64,000 nucleotides of DNA from Deltaproteobacteria bacterium (GTDB taxonomy: Bacteria; Myxococcota; Kuafuiibacteriia; Kuafuiibacteriales; Kuafuiibacteriaceae): positions 320,001-384,000 of the forward strand of contig JAVJQW010000057.1 in the NCBI GenBank assembly GCA_040218735.1, read 5' to 3'. The first letter of the stretch is position 1. The number at the start of each line of letters is the position of its first letter. Positions 1 through 10,189 of the stretch are shown piece by piece. The notes under the pieces are model-generated. The model ran no database searches and was not told the origin of the DNA. It saw only the letters and a list, made by a program, of their open reading frames with translations. The translations under genes and the position numbers were made by a program.

Positions 1-592
1 GCTCCGACGAGAACTGGTGCACCTCACGGCCGAGCCGGTCGACGACGCGACCGTCGACGCGAACGGTGCGGACGTCCAGGTTGGGGACCGTGACCGTCGC
101 GGTCGCCGCGCGCACCGTGAGCGCGATGCGTCCGGAGGTGAAGCCCCCCTCGGGCCCGAAGTGTGCGTCGTAGCGGACCTCGTCGGCGCCGCGGAGCCCG
201 CCCTCCAGCGCGACGTCGAGGCGGAGCGACTCGTGCACGATCCATCGGGCCGCGACGCGCGCGCGCAACGGCAACAGCTGCTCGCGGATCTCCTCGATGA
301 AGCGCTGCACGGAGGGCGCGAGGGACTTGTCCTCGATCGGGCGACGCGGATCGCGCTCGAACATCTCGGTGAGGACGGCCCGCGCCTCCTCACGACGCCC
401 GAGCACCAGGAGCGCCAGCGCCTCGACCTCCAGGCACGCGAGCGGGCGCGAGGGGTCCTCTTCGACCACCGCCTGCGCCGCGCTCAGCGCGGCCTCGACG
501 TCCAGCGCCTCGTACTGCGCTCGCGCGGCCGCACAACCGCCCGGCGTCTGGCCCAGGAGCACCAAGGCCACGGTTGTGAGAACGCCCACCAC
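1..592 (-). CDS. Exported hypothetical protein with TPR-like helices (runs off window start)
   Basis: Not in the ORF track because it has no stop in the window. Manual minus-strand reading from GTG 592/589 gives VGVLTTVALVLLGQTPGGCAAARAQYEALDVEAALSAAQ...LLVLGRREEARAVLTEMFERDP, open to base 1 with GC3-rich codons. Confidence 0.65.
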   Translation of the reverse strand, partial: MVGVLTTVALVLLGQTPGGCAAARAQYEALDVEAALSAAQAVVEEDPSRPLACLEVEALALLVLGRREEARAVLTEMFERDPRRPIEDKSLAPSVQRFIEEIREQLLPLRARVAARWIVHESLRLDVALEGGLRGADEVRYDAHFGPEGGFTSGRIALTVRAATATVTVPNLDVRTVRVDGRVVDRLGREVHQFSSE

Positions 593-608
593 CGCCGACT
601 ATATCGGC

Positions 609-2441
609 ATGGGGGCGACGGGCCCAGCAGAACGCGCCGGCGCGGGTGTCCCTTTTGGACGCTACGCGATCCGCGCGCGCCTCGGACGCGGGGGCATGGG
701 CGAGGTGTTCCTCGCGGACCAGCTCGGGCCCCGCGGACCGGTCCGGCCCGTCGCGCTCAAGCGCGTGCTCCCGCGCTTCGTGGAGGACGACGCCGCCGTC
801 GAGCTCTTCCTCTCCGAGATGCAAACCGCGGCGCAGCTCAACCACCCGAACATCGCGACCACGTACGACTTCGGCGAGGTCGACGGCGTCTACTTCATGA
901 CGATGGAGTACGTCGACGGCATCACGCTCGACCGGCTCCTCGTTCACCACCAACGCATCGCCGTGCCGGAGGCGCTGACGATCGTCTTGGCCATCACGGA
1001 CGCCCTCGCCCACGCGCACACGCAGGGCGTCGTGCACCAGGACGTCACGCCGCACAACATCATGGTCTCGCGCACGGGCGCGGTGAAGCTGTTGGACTTC
1101 GGCATCGCGCGCGCGGAGGCGGCGGTGCTGAAGGCGGGCGTGCGCGCGAAGATCGCGTACGCAGCGCCGGAGCAGCTGGAGGGGTACGCGCCGGATCGAC
1201 GCTTCGATCTGTGGAGCCTCGGCGTCGTCCTCTACGAGGCGGTGGGCGGACAGCGCCCCTTCGCACCGACGGAAGCCGAGAAGGTGCTCGCGCTCGCCCG
1301 TCACAAACGCTTCCTCCCGCTGTCGGGCCTCGTGCCCGCAGTGGAGGATCTCGACGCGATCGTCGAGGGTGCGCTCGAGCCGGATCCGAATCGACGCTGG
1401 CTGAGCGCCGAGACCTTCGCGGCCGCGGTGCGCACCGCCGCGAACCGTCGGGCGGCTGCGGCCGACGCCGACCTCGCGGCGCTCGTCGCGCCGGTCCTCG
1501 CCGCGGCGAAGCCACCCGATCTCTCGGAGACCAGCGCGACCGGCGTCGCGGCGGTCGACCGCGCCGCGCTCGCGGCGCTGGAGGGGGAGCCGGAGGACGA
1601 CCGACCGACGCTCGTGCCAGGCCCCGCGGTGTCGGAGACCGCGACGACCTCCCCGCGCGGCGCCCCGCAGGGCACCCGCGCGATCGAGCGCGCCGCGGGG
1701 GTGAGCTCGAACCGTCGCTTGCTCCTCGCGCTGTTGTTGGTCGCGGCGCTCGTGGGGGGCGTGGGGTGGCTCGTCACTCGGGACGTCGGCGCGCCGATCT
1801 CCGCAGCGATGCCGGTGAAGGCCAACGCGCTGGACGAACCGAGCGCGCCCGACACACGCGACGAGGAACCGGTGAAACCGGGCGCAGCGCGCGACGAAGG
1901 CGCGCCGGCCCGGAGCCTCGACGCGCCGGCCGAAGCGGCGGCCGAAAAGCCGGGCGAAGATCCGGCCGAAGCGCCGACCGCGAAGCTGGCCGAAGCGCCG
2001 CGCGAGGATCGGACCGAAGCGGCGGGCGAGAAGCCGACCGAAGCGACCGGCGTCGAGCGGGTCGCGGACGTCACTTCGGACCCCGCGCGGGCGAAGCGCC
2101 CCTTGCGGAAGCGCCCGCGACGCAAACGGCGCGCGCCGCCGGCCCCGCCGACGGAGGCCCCCGGCGCGGCGCGTCTGGCGTCCCCGCCTCCGCCCCCCCC
2201 GAGCGGGCTGGGGCTGCTGTCCGTGCGCAGCGTCCCGTGGGCGCGCGTCGCGCTCGACGGACGCGCGATCGGTGAAGGGGTGATCGCGAAGCGCCCCGTC
2301 GAGACGGGTCGACACACGCTGACGCTGCGCCCGGGCGAGGGGCCCTACGAGACGAAGACGGTGACGTTCGAGATACGGCCCGGTGTCACCACGAAGATCT
2401 TCGCGGACCTGCGGACGGGCACCGTGCGTGTCGAGCCATGA
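609..2441 (+). CDS. Membrane Ser/Thr protein kinase with C-terminal PEGA-like domain
   Basis: LGRGGMGEV, VALK, HQDVTPHN, DFG, APE and DLWSLG motifs; TM helix LLLALLLVAALVGGVGWLV; C-terminal LSVRSVPWARVALDG...GRHTLTL. ATG at 609. Confidence 0.92.
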   Translation: MGATGPAERAGAGVPFGRYAIRARLGRGGMGEVFLADQLGPRGPVRPVALKRVLPRFVEDDAAVELFLSEMQTAAQLNHPNIATTYDFGEVDGVYFMTMEYVDGITLDRLLVHHQRIAVPEALTIVLAITDALAHAHTQGVVHQDVTPHNIMVSRTGAVKLLDFGIARAEAAVLKAGVRAKIAYAAPEQLEGYAPDRRFDLWSLGVVLYEAVGGQRPFAPTEAEKVLALARHKRFLPLSGLVPAVEDLDAIVEGALEPDPNRRWLSAETFAAAVRTAANRRAAAADADLAALVAPVLAAAKPPDLSETSATGVAAVDRAALAALEGEPEDDRPTLVPGPAVSETATTSPRGAPQGTRAIERAAGVSSNRRLLLALLLVAALVGGVGWLVTRDVGAPISAAMPVKANALDEPSAPDTRDEEPVKPGAARDEGAPARSLDAPAEAAAEKPGEDPAEAPTAKLAEAPREDRTEAAGEKPTEATGVERVADVTSDPARAKRPLRKRPRRKRRAPPAPPTEAPGAARLASPPPPPPSGLGLLSVRSVPWARVALDGRAIGEGVIAKRPVETGRHTLTLRPGEGPYETKTVTFEIRPGVTTKIFADLRTGTVRVEP

Positions 2442-2458
2442 CGTGCTAGCACCGGCGC

Positions 2459-3745
2459 ATGGACGTCCTCGCGATGGTGCTCGCCGGCGGTGAAGGCACG
2501 CGGTTGTGGCCGCTGACGCAAGAGCGCGCGAAGCCCGCGGTGCCCTTCGGCGGCAAGTACCGGATCATCGACTTCGTACTGTCGAACCTCGTCAACTCGG
2601 GGGTCCAACGCATCAAGGTCCTCACGCAGTACAAGTCGGACTCGCTGCTCAAACACTTGCTGCGGACCTGGAACGCGTACGCGGGCTTCGGTGGGTTCGT
2701 CGAGCCCGTCCCGCCGCAACAGAACCTGACGAAGGCCTGGTACTCGGGGAGCGTCGACGCGATCTTCCAGAACCTCAACATCATCTCGGACGAGCGGCCG
2801 GAGATCGTCGCGGTCTTCGGCGGCGACCACGTCTACAAGCTCGACGTCCGACAGATGATCCAGTTCCACGTCGAGCGCGGCGCGGCGGCGACCGTCGCCG
2901 CCATCCCCGTGCCGGTGGCCGAAGCGACGCGCTTCGGCTGCATCGACTGCGACGCGAAGGGGCGGATGACGGGCTTCGTCGAGAAGCCGAAGAACCCGCC
3001 CGAGATGCCCGGTCGCCCCGGGTACGCGCTCGCGTCGATGGGCAACTACCTGTTCGATCCGAAGGTGCTCGTCCGCGAGTGTGAGAACGACGCGACGAAA
3101 GCCGGGAGCCGCCACGACTTCGGCGGCGATCTCATCCCCGGCATGTTCGGGCGCGAGCCGGTCTACGTCTACGACTTCTCCGAGAACATCGTGCGCGGGG
3201 AGCACCCATCGACGTCCGGCTACTGGGTCGACATCGGGACGATCGAGGCCTACCACCAGGCGTCGATGGACCTCGTCGCGGTGTCGCCGACGTTCAACCT
3301 CTACAACCGCGGCTGGCCGATCCGCTCCGCGGTTCAGAACTCACCGCCGGCCAAGTTCGTGTTCGCGGACCAGCAGACGAAGCGCATCGGCATCGCGACC
3401 GACTCCCTCGTGTGTGAAGGCTCGGTCATCTCCGGTGGTCACCTCGAGCGGAGCATCCTCTCGCACAACGTCCGCGTGAACTCCTACGCGCACGTGAGTG
3501 AAGCGATCATCTTCGCGGGCGTGACGATCGGTCGGCACGCACGCATTCGCCGCGCGATCATCGACAAGGGCGTGACGATCCCCGAAGGCATGACGATCGG
3601 CTACGACCCGGACGAGGACAGGAAGCACTGGTACGTGTCGAAGGACGGCATCGTGATCGTCCCGAAGGGCGGTGCGCTCGCGCGCGCCCGGCCTGCGACG
3701 AGCGACCTCTCCGCGACGGACGACCTCCCGTCGATCACCGACTGA
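2459..3745 (+). CDS. glgC: Glucose-1-phosphate adenylyltransferase
   Basis: [48 protein letters not shown] and WVDIGT motifs; C-terminal left-handed beta-helix. Confidence 0.97.
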   Translation: MDVLAMVLAGGEGTRLWPLTQERAKPAVPFGGKYRIIDFVLSNLVNSGVQRIKVLTQYKSDSLLKHLLRTWNAYAGFGGFVEPVPPQQNLTKAWYSGSVDAIFQNLNIISDERPEIVAVFGGDHVYKLDVRQMIQFHVERGAAATVAAIPVPVAEATRFGCIDCDAKGRMTGFVEKPKNPPEMPGRPGYALASMGNYLFDPKVLVRECENDATKAGSRHDFGGDLIPGMFGREPVYVYDFSENIVRGEHPSTSGYWVDIGTIEAYHQASMDLVAVSPTFNLYNRGWPIRSAVQNSPPAKFVFADQQTKRIGIATDSLVCEGSVISGGHLERSILSHNVRVNSYAHVSEAIIFAGVTIGRHARIRRAIIDKGVTIPEGMTIGYDPDEDRKHWYVSKDGIVIVPKGGALARARPATSDLSATDDLPSITD

Positions 3746-3822
3746 TCCCCCTCCGATCCGCCCTTCCTCGCCCGAATCCGCGCCCTGCGGCTTTGCCCTG
3801 TTCTGTCAGAGAGATCCGGAAA

Positions 3823-4410
3823 ATGGATCTCGTGAAAGAGAACAACATTCAGCACAAGAGTCCCAATGGTTGGCGCAACATCGGCCGTTCGCTGGTCGTC
3901 GTGGTCGTCGGTTCCGACGCCCTCGCCCGAGTATTTTCAAAAGATCCCGACGTCGTCGTGATTCACTTCGACGGCATCCCGAAGAACGTTCACGAGCTGC
4001 GTGCGTTCAGCCCGTCCGTCGTCGACGTCGCGGTGCTCGACGCGACCACGTTGCCGCGTGGTCGCATGGTCAAACTCGCGCAGTCGCTGCGTCATCGACT
4101 GCTCGCTTCCGTCATCCTCCTTCCGTCCGACAGCTACGGCGAAGCGATGTTTCGTCGTTGGCTCGGCGTCGTGAAGGAAGAACGGAGCCCGTGGATGCGG
4201 TACCTGTGGATGTCGGTCGCCGTCGCAGCTCAGGAGACGTGGGCGCTCGGTTGGGTCACGATGACGCGGAGCACCGCGAAGAACGTGATGCAAGCGCCTT
4301 CGCTTCCGAAGTCGGATGAGCAGCTGCTGCCGCGTCCGCCGAGTCGGACGGCGCCGTTCTCTCCCACGCCGGAGATGTTGGCGATGCTCGCCGAGGCGTA
4401 TCAGGAGTAG
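3823..4410 (+). CDS. Hypothetical protein, possibly a degenerate receiver-like fold
   Basis: ORF fills the gap between neighbours. Alternating VVVVV / DVAVLD / VILL strands resemble a REC domain. Codon usage is less GC-biased than neighbours. Confidence 0.5.
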   Translation: MDLVKENNIQHKSPNGWRNIGRSLVVVVVGSDALARVFSKDPDVVVIHFDGIPKNVHELRAFSPSVVDVAVLDATTLPRGRMVKLAQSLRHRLLASVILLPSDSYGEAMFRRWLGVVKEERSPWMRYLWMSVAVAAQETWALGWVTMTRSTAKNVMQAPSLPKSDEQLLPRPPSRTAPFSPTPEMLAMLAEAYQE

Positions 4411-4443
4411 GCCCTCTGGGTTGTGCACGGGCGAAGCGCTAGT

Positions 4444-6168
4444 ATGGCGCTTCGCCTCGTGAAGATCCCTCCGCCACCGCTTACGTACTCGAAGGACCGA
4501 ACGCTCACGCGGCGCACGGTCAAGGGTGCGGCCGGCGGCATGAAGGGCGTCGACTACGAAGACGATCGCCGCCCGGACGTCAGCACCGAGAAGGCCACCG
4601 CCGGCGCGGGCTCGAACGCCGAGAGTCACGCGGTCGAAGCCGCTCGCCACGCGAAGGCCCACGAACAAGTCGCGAAGAACGCCGAGCCCGAAGAGAAGCC
4701 CGGAAAGATCCGCGAAGAAGACGAGATGGTCCTCGACGACGAGGACGCGATCACCCGCGACAAGAAGGCGAAGGAGAACCGGCGCAACTTCGTTCCGCGC
4801 GATCGCATGACCGTCGACAAGGACGCGCCGAAGCTCCTCCGCAAACACAGTTGGTCCGAGGATGAGGAAGAGGACGAAGCGTTCGAAGAGGAAGAAGAGC
4901 AGGAGCTCGACCTCGACGCGATCGGCGAAGCCGTCTTCTCTCCCGAGCTCGAAGAGGCCCACGACACCCGAACGCGCCGTCGCCCCGGTGACCCCGCGCT
5001 GACCGACCCGGCCGACATCCAACGCCTCCTCGGCGCGCCGCACCACTACGCCAAACACGTCATGATCCTCGCCGAGGCGTTCCGCTCGGCGACGGGCGCG
5101 ACGCGCCGAGAGGCGATCGGCTACCTCACCGCGATGTTCTGCGCCGCACCGGACCGAAGCTTCGGCCGACTCGCACTCAAGGAGTTCGGCCCGGCGACCG
5201 GAATCCTCGACATCTATCCGCTGGAGGTCGTCGAAGACATCCTCACGCGCTACCCCGCGTTCCTGCCCAAGGTCGGCTTCGGTCGCCTGTTCGCCGACGT
5301 GCCGCGCGACGCCTCGCGCCCGCTCCTCCTCATCGCCAACGAACCAACCCTCCTGAGCTACCCGGCGCAGGTGAAGATCCGCGGCTTCGCCGTGCGGGGC
5401 GGCGATCGACCGGGGTACCGCTTCGAGCCCGCCGCCGAGCCCGGCACCTACGCGCTCACGGTGCACGCCGGCGGTGAGTTCGCCTTCCTCGTCTCGGCGC
5501 TGGTGAAGTCCGGCCACACGATCATCGATCGCCTGCACGTGCAGGTCGCCGGCGAGCCGCGCGAGCTGCCTGCGGACACCTGGCCGGAGCGGGACGCGGA
5601 GAAGGTCGCGGCGTGGCCGATCCCGACGCCGCCGCCGATCGACCCGCGCGAAGCGCTCGAGCCCCACGCGGAGGAGGTCGACCCGAGCCTGATGAGCTCG
5701 TCGCAGATCATCCAGAAGAAGCAGATGGGCGCGCTGCGCGGCCCGAAGGGTGAGGACTACGAAGCGCAACACGGCTTCGCCTACGAGGACGAGCTCGACG
5801 ACGTCGTCGAGGAGGAGTTGGAGCGCTTCTCGCTGGAGTCGGACGACGCGATCGAGCTGGTCGACGGGCCGCCCACCGACGAGATCGAGATCCCGCCGGA
5901 CATCACGGACGACGTGCCGATGGCGTTCGACGACACGACACACGACGACCTCGACGCGCTCGCGGCCGGCGAAGGGATCGAGGTCGTCGGTGCGGACACG
6001 ATCGACGAGCCGCTCCCCTCCGCCGCCCAGAGCGCGTTGATCCGCATCCGTGAAGAGGCCGGCGGCGACCGCAGCGAAAACGCGTTGTCGGTCGCGGACC
6101 GCGCGCTGCTCGACATCGCGTTCGCGACGCTCGCCGACGAGCCGCTCCCTAGCGACGAAGAGGAGTGA
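4444..6168 (+). CDS. Hypothetical protein with acidic low-complexity termini and a globular core
   Basis: Long ORF with strong host codon bias, poly-E/D tracts and a central globular region (HYAKHVMILAEAFR...GYRFEP). Confidence 0.75.
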   Translation: MALRLVKIPPPPLTYSKDRTLTRRTVKGAAGGMKGVDYEDDRRPDVSTEKATAGAGSNAESHAVEAARHAKAHEQVAKNAEPEEKPGKIREEDEMVLDDEDAITRDKKAKENRRNFVPRDRMTVDKDAPKLLRKHSWSEDEEEDEAFEEEEEQELDLDAIGEAVFSPELEEAHDTRTRRRPGDPALTDPADIQRLLGAPHHYAKHVMILAEAFRSATGATRREAIGYLTAMFCAAPDRSFGRLALKEFGPATGILDIYPLEVVEDILTRYPAFLPKVGFGRLFADVPRDASRPLLLIANEPTLLSYPAQVKIRGFAVRGGDRPGYRFEPAAEPGTYALTVHAGGEFAFLVSALVKSGHTIIDRLHVQVAGEPRELPADTWPERDAEKVAAWPIPTPPPIDPREALEPHAEEVDPSLMSSSQIIQKKQMGALRGPKGEDYEAQHGFAYEDELDDVVEEELERFSLESDDAIELVDGPPTDEIEIPPDITDDVPMAFDDTTHDDLDALAAGEGIEVVGADTIDEPLPSAAQSALIRIREEAGGDRSENALSVADRALLDIAFATLADEPLPSDEEE

Positions 6169-7123
6169 GGCGCTCCAGCAGCTCTGCCCAGCGATCGGCG
6201 ACGGCGTCGTAGGTGTACGTCGTCTCCACGCGTCGACGTCCCGCGGCGCCCATCTTCGCGCGGCTGTCGGCGGAGGCTGCGATTCGAGAGAGCGCTTCGA
6301 CCCACGCCTCGGTATCGCGGGCGAGGAACCCCTCCTCGCCCGGCACGACGACCTCGCGGTTCATACCGACGTCGGAGCCGACGACCGGCAGCTCGGCGGC
6401 CATGTACTGCAAGAGCTTGTACGCGCACTTCCCGCGCGTCCACGGTGAGTCGGCGTCGAGCGGCATCACGCCGACGTCGCAGCTCGCGATCGTCTGCTCC
6501 TGTGCTTCCAACGACCAGGCCACGTTCTCGACGCGACACTCGTTCGTTTCAAAGGATTCGTTTGAAACGACGACAAGCTCGACGTCGGTCCCATCCGAGG
6601 CGAGCCGACGCCACACCGGATCGAGCGTCGCGAGGTGCCGGAGGTTGTGGCCGAGCCCCACCCACACCACACGAAGTGGGCCTCCGTCGACGTGTCGTCG
6701 CCGGGCCACCTCGTGGGGCACGGCGGACGGGATGATCGCGTGCGGCTTGTCGGCGGGGAGAAACGACGCCAGGTACGCGTTGCCGGGTGTGAAGGCGTCC
6801 GCGAGCTGAACCGCCCGGCCAAACCGCGCGGCGCGTGTCTTGGATTCGTGTGACCCGTCCTTGGGGTGATCGCGGTACATCACCGCGTCGTCGAAGTCGT
6901 AGACGAGCGGCCCGCGGATCCGCGCCCAGCTCCGCCCGCTCCACCACGTCGGTGTCTTCTTCTGGATGACGACGATGCCCTCGGACGGGAGCCCGTCTTC
7001 GTACCGCCGCAGCCGAACGTCGAAGCCGCGCGCCGCGAGGTGCGAAGCGAGATCGATCATCCGGATCCGAGCCGAGGGGCGCGACGGATCCTGATGCACG
7101 AGCGTGACGAGCGGGCGAGGCAA
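6149..7123 (-). CDS. Glycosyltransferase family 4
   Basis: VYDFDDA, DVGVMPL, GKCAYKLLQYMAAELPVVGSDVG and EEGFLA motifs. Confidence 0.9.
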   Translation of the reverse strand: MPRPLVTLVHQDPSRPSARIRMIDLASHLAARGFDVRLRRYEDGLPSEGIVVIQKKTPTWWSGRSWARIRGPLVYDFDDAVMYRDHPKDGSHESKTRAARFGRAVQLADAFTPGNAYLASFLPADKPHAIIPSAVPHEVARRRHVDGGPLRVVWVGLGHNLRHLATLDPVWRRLASDGTDVELVVVSNESFETNECRVENVAWSLEAQEQTIASCDVGVMPLDADSPWTRGKCAYKLLQYMAAELPVVGSDVGMNREVVVPGEEGFLARDTEAWVEALSRIAASADSRAKMGAAGRRRVETTYTYDAVADRWAELLERLTPLRR

Positions 7124-7345
7124 CCGCTGCGCCGTCGCACGGGGGACGGAGAGGGTCGAGCCCCGGGTTCGGCTCGCGCGGATGTCGGGTTTTGTGTCCT
7201 CTCGTCGAATACCTCGGGGGGCCCTCGGTTCGGGCCGCCGGCCTTGGAGTGATTCATTTTGGATTTCGATAGGTTGCGCGAGACGGGAAGCAGTGTCTGG
7301 AGCCGTCGACCCCCACCCGATGAACCACTACAATGGTCCGGCTCG

Positions 7346-9685
7346 ATGGGGCTAGACCCGCATACCGTCGAACAGACGCCTCCGGGGGGAAGCGAGCTCG
7401 TTGGAAGGATCATCGGAGGCCGACTCCGGGTGCTGGAGTGCATCGGAAGCGGCTCGATGGGCACCGTCTATCGCGCGCACCACGAGACCCTCGACAAGGA
7501 CGTCGCGATCAAGGTGCTGAGCCGGCTCGGCACGCGCGACGACATCCGCACGAAACGTTTCGTGCGTGAGGCGCGCACGGCGAGCCGCCTCGACCACGCC
7601 AACACGGTACGGATCCTCGACTTCGGCGAAGACGGTGACGACGGCCTCCTCTACCTCGCGATGGAGTATCTCGAGGGCGAGGACCTCGCGCAGCTCCTCG
7701 CGCGCGGGGAGAAGCTCGAGAGCGAGCGCGTCGTGAAGATCATGACGCAGACGCTGGCGGCGGTGGCGGCGGCGCATGACCACGGGATCATCCACCGCGA
7801 CATCAAACCTTCGAACATCTTCCTGACGAAGCGACGCAACGACGAAGGCCAGCTCGTCGACTTCGTGAAGGTGTGTGACTTCGGGGTCGCGAAGTTCCTC
7901 GCGAGCACGCGCGACTCCCTCAGCGGCACGGCCCCCGGCGCGACGGAGGTCATCGGCACGCCGTTGTACATGTCACCGGAGCAGGCGGTCGGCGACACGT
8001 TGGACCCGCGCACGGACGTCTACTCCTGCGCCGTCGTCCTCTACGAGATGCTCACCGGGCGGCCTCCGTTCCTCGGCGAAACGGCCATGGGGGTGATGCT
8101 CAAACACGTCTCCGAGCCGCCGGCCGCGCCGAGCACCCTCGTCCCGAACATCGACCCCGACCTCGAGTCCGTTCTCGGCTGGGCGCTCGTGAAGGACCGC
8201 GATGCGCGTTGCCCGTCGGCACGCGAGTTCCGGAACGCGCTCCGCGAGCTGCGGAAGCGCCAGACGGGACCGCACGGCGTCAACTCGACGATTCCTCCGG
8301 AGAGCTCGTCGGACATCGACCTGCAGCTCCAGGCGTACCTGCAGGCGATGACCAAGCCGGGGCTCACGGATCCTGGGCTGCCGTCGGACCTCACGCCGCA
8401 CCCGAACCGCCCGGCGACGGATCCGCGAATCCTCGTCGCCGACTTGACCAGTGAGATGACGCCGCTCCCGTCCAACATGGAGCCCTCGCCGCTCCCGCCC
8501 GACTCGGTCGTGTCCAATCCACCAATCGAGCTGAAGCCGGTCGAGGATGACGCATCGATGGACGACCTCGTCGCGGAGGCCGTCGGGCTGACCCCGGAGA
8601 TTCGCGAGCGGCAGCAAGGGCCCTCGGATCCGTCACACGGCATCCCGGGGCTCGACCGGAGACGTATGGGCGCGGAGGTCTCGGACCGCGCGCAGTACAT
8701 GTGGAACAACTACGGGATCATCTTCGAGACGTATCACGGCGGGTACCCGTTCTTCGTGCGTGATGCGAAGGGCGAAGTGATGGGCCCGTGTGACTATCCG
8801 GACGTCACGAAGATCATCCAGATCGAAGCCGCGCGCGGGCACATCGGACACGTCTCGCTGTGTGGAGAGTCGCAGCAGTGGATCAGCGCCATCGACTTCG
8901 CGCGACTGACCGGCCAGGAGTCGATCCTGGAGTCGACGTTCGAGCGGGTACACGAACCCCCGCCGGGTCCATTCAGTGGAACGTTCCGCAAGACGAGCCT
9001 CGCGGCGCTCTTCGCGCGCGTGACGCGAGAGCGGCCGACGGGGCGATTGATCTTCAACCTGAGCCAGCACGTCGACGAGACGCGCATCGAGATTCACCTC
9101 GTGCAGGGCCGCCCCACGTTTGTGTACTCGAGTGATGCGAGCCTGCAGATCCCCGCGCTGCTCGTGCGCCGCGACCTCCTCCGCGAGAACCTCATCCCGA
9201 AGTTCCTGCAGATGGTGATCGAGGAGGAGATGGCGCTCGAACAGATCGTCGGGCGTGAAGCGAACCTCGACATGCGGCAGTACCACAGCATCTTCATGCG
9301 GGAGCGACTGTGTAATCTGTTCCGCTGGTCGCAGGGTGTGTTCTGGCTGGACGCCGACAACCTCCCCGCGCGCATGAGCCCGTTCGCTCACTCGCTCATG
9401 GCGGTCCTCCCGGACGTCGTGTACCGCGCGATGAGTCGCGACACGCTGCGGTCGGAGGTCCAGCCCTACCTCCACATGGCGATTCAGCGCTCCCAGCGGT
9501 TCAACCACGGGATCGCCGCGATGCAGCTGTCGTCCGCGCAGAAGAGCATCGTGCGGAGGTTCCTGCGGTCGAAGACCCTCGGCGAAGCGGTCCCGTCGGA
9601 GCCGAAGCTCGAGAAGCTGTACTACGCGATGGCGTACATCCTCCTCGAGACGGAGTTGTTCCTCAAACCCATCGGGTTGCGGTAG
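7346..9685 (+). CDS. Cytoplasmic Ser/Thr protein kinase with C-terminal DUF4388-like region
   Basis: IGSGSMGTV, VAIK, HRDIKPSN, DFG, GTPLYMSPE and DVYS motifs; C-terminal SGTF..TSLAALF...TGRL...GRP...LFRWSQGVF pattern. Start uncertain (7259-7346). Confidence 0.92.
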   Translation: MGLDPHTVEQTPPGGSELVGRIIGGRLRVLECIGSGSMGTVYRAHHETLDKDVAIKVLSRLGTRDDIRTKRFVREARTASRLDHANTVRILDFGEDGDDGLLYLAMEYLEGEDLAQLLARGEKLESERVVKIMTQTLAAVAAAHDHGIIHRDIKPSNIFLTKRRNDEGQLVDFVKVCDFGVAKFLASTRDSLSGTAPGATEVIGTPLYMSPEQAVGDTLDPRTDVYSCAVVLYEMLTGRPPFLGETAMGVMLKHVSEPPAAPSTLVPNIDPDLESVLGWALVKDRDARCPSAREFRNALRELRKRQTGPHGVNSTIPPESSSDIDLQLQAYLQAMTKPGLTDPGLPSDLTPHPNRPATDPRILVADLTSEMTPLPSNMEPSPLPPDSVVSNPPIELKPVEDDASMDDLVAEAVGLTPEIRERQQGPSDPSHGIPGLDRRRMGAEVSDRAQYMWNNYGIIFETYHGGYPFFVRDAKGEVMGPCDYPDVTKIIQIEAARGHIGHVSLCGESQQWISAIDFARLTGQESILESTFERVHEPPPGPFSGTFRKTSLAALFARVTRERPTGRLIFNLSQHVDETRIEIHLVQGRPTFVYSSDASLQIPALLVRRDLLRENLIPKFLQMVIEEEMALEQIVGREANLDMRQYHSIFMRERLCNLFRWSQGVFWLDADNLPARMSPFAHSLMAVLPDVVYRAMSRDTLRSEVQPYLHMAIQRSQRFNHGIAAMQLSSAQKSIVRRFLRSKTLGEAVPSEPKLEKLYYAMAYILLETELFLKPIGLR

Positions 9686-9694
9686 TACGCGCGC

Positions 9695-10189
9695 ATGAAC
9701 GAAGCCGACCGACCGACGGTCGCCATCATCATGGGCAGCATCTCCGACTGGGAGACGATGCGGCACGCGGCCGAGACCCTCGACGCGCTCCAGATCCCGT
9801 ACGAGCGCGCCATCGTCAGCGCGCACCGCACGCCCCAGCGCCTCTACGACTTCGCGAAGGACGCGGAGCCCAAAGGGCTACGGGTGATCATCGCGGGTGC
9901 GGGCGGCGCCGCGCACCTCCCCGGGATGACGGCGGCCATGACGCACCTCCCGGTGCTCGGGGTGCCGGTCGAGTCGCGCACGTTGAAGGGCGTCGATTCG
10001 CTGCTCTCGATCGTGCAGATGCCCGGCGGCATCCCGGTGCCAACGCTCGCGATCGGGAAGGCCGGCGCGAAGAACGCCGCGCTCTCGGCCGCCGCGATCC
10101 TCGCGCTGTCCGACGACGGCGTCCGTGAGCGCCTCATCGCGTTCCGCGAACAGCAGACCGAGACGGTGCTGGGGACCGAGCTCCCGTGA
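9695..10189 (+). CDS. purE: N5-carboxyaminoimidazole ribonucleotide mutase
   Basis: [28 protein letters not shown] and SIVQMPGG motifs. Confidence 0.98.
   Translation: MNEADRPTVAIIMGSISDWETMRHAAETLDALQIPYERAIVSAHRTPQRLYDFAKDAEPKGLRVIIAGAGGAAHLPGMTAAMTHLPVLGVPVESRTLKGVDSLLSIVQMPGGIPVPTLAIGKAGAKNAALSAAAILALSDDGVRERLIAFREQQTETVLGTELP

Noticed and set aside
17-2275. Long ORF 17..2275 and similar ORFs (390..2315, 11850..14348, 15450..17537, 38222..40612, 45370..47634, 48727..51438, 56963..59140)
   Set aside because: These are antisense or alternative-frame shadows of motif-supported genes, expected at this GC content because stops are rare.
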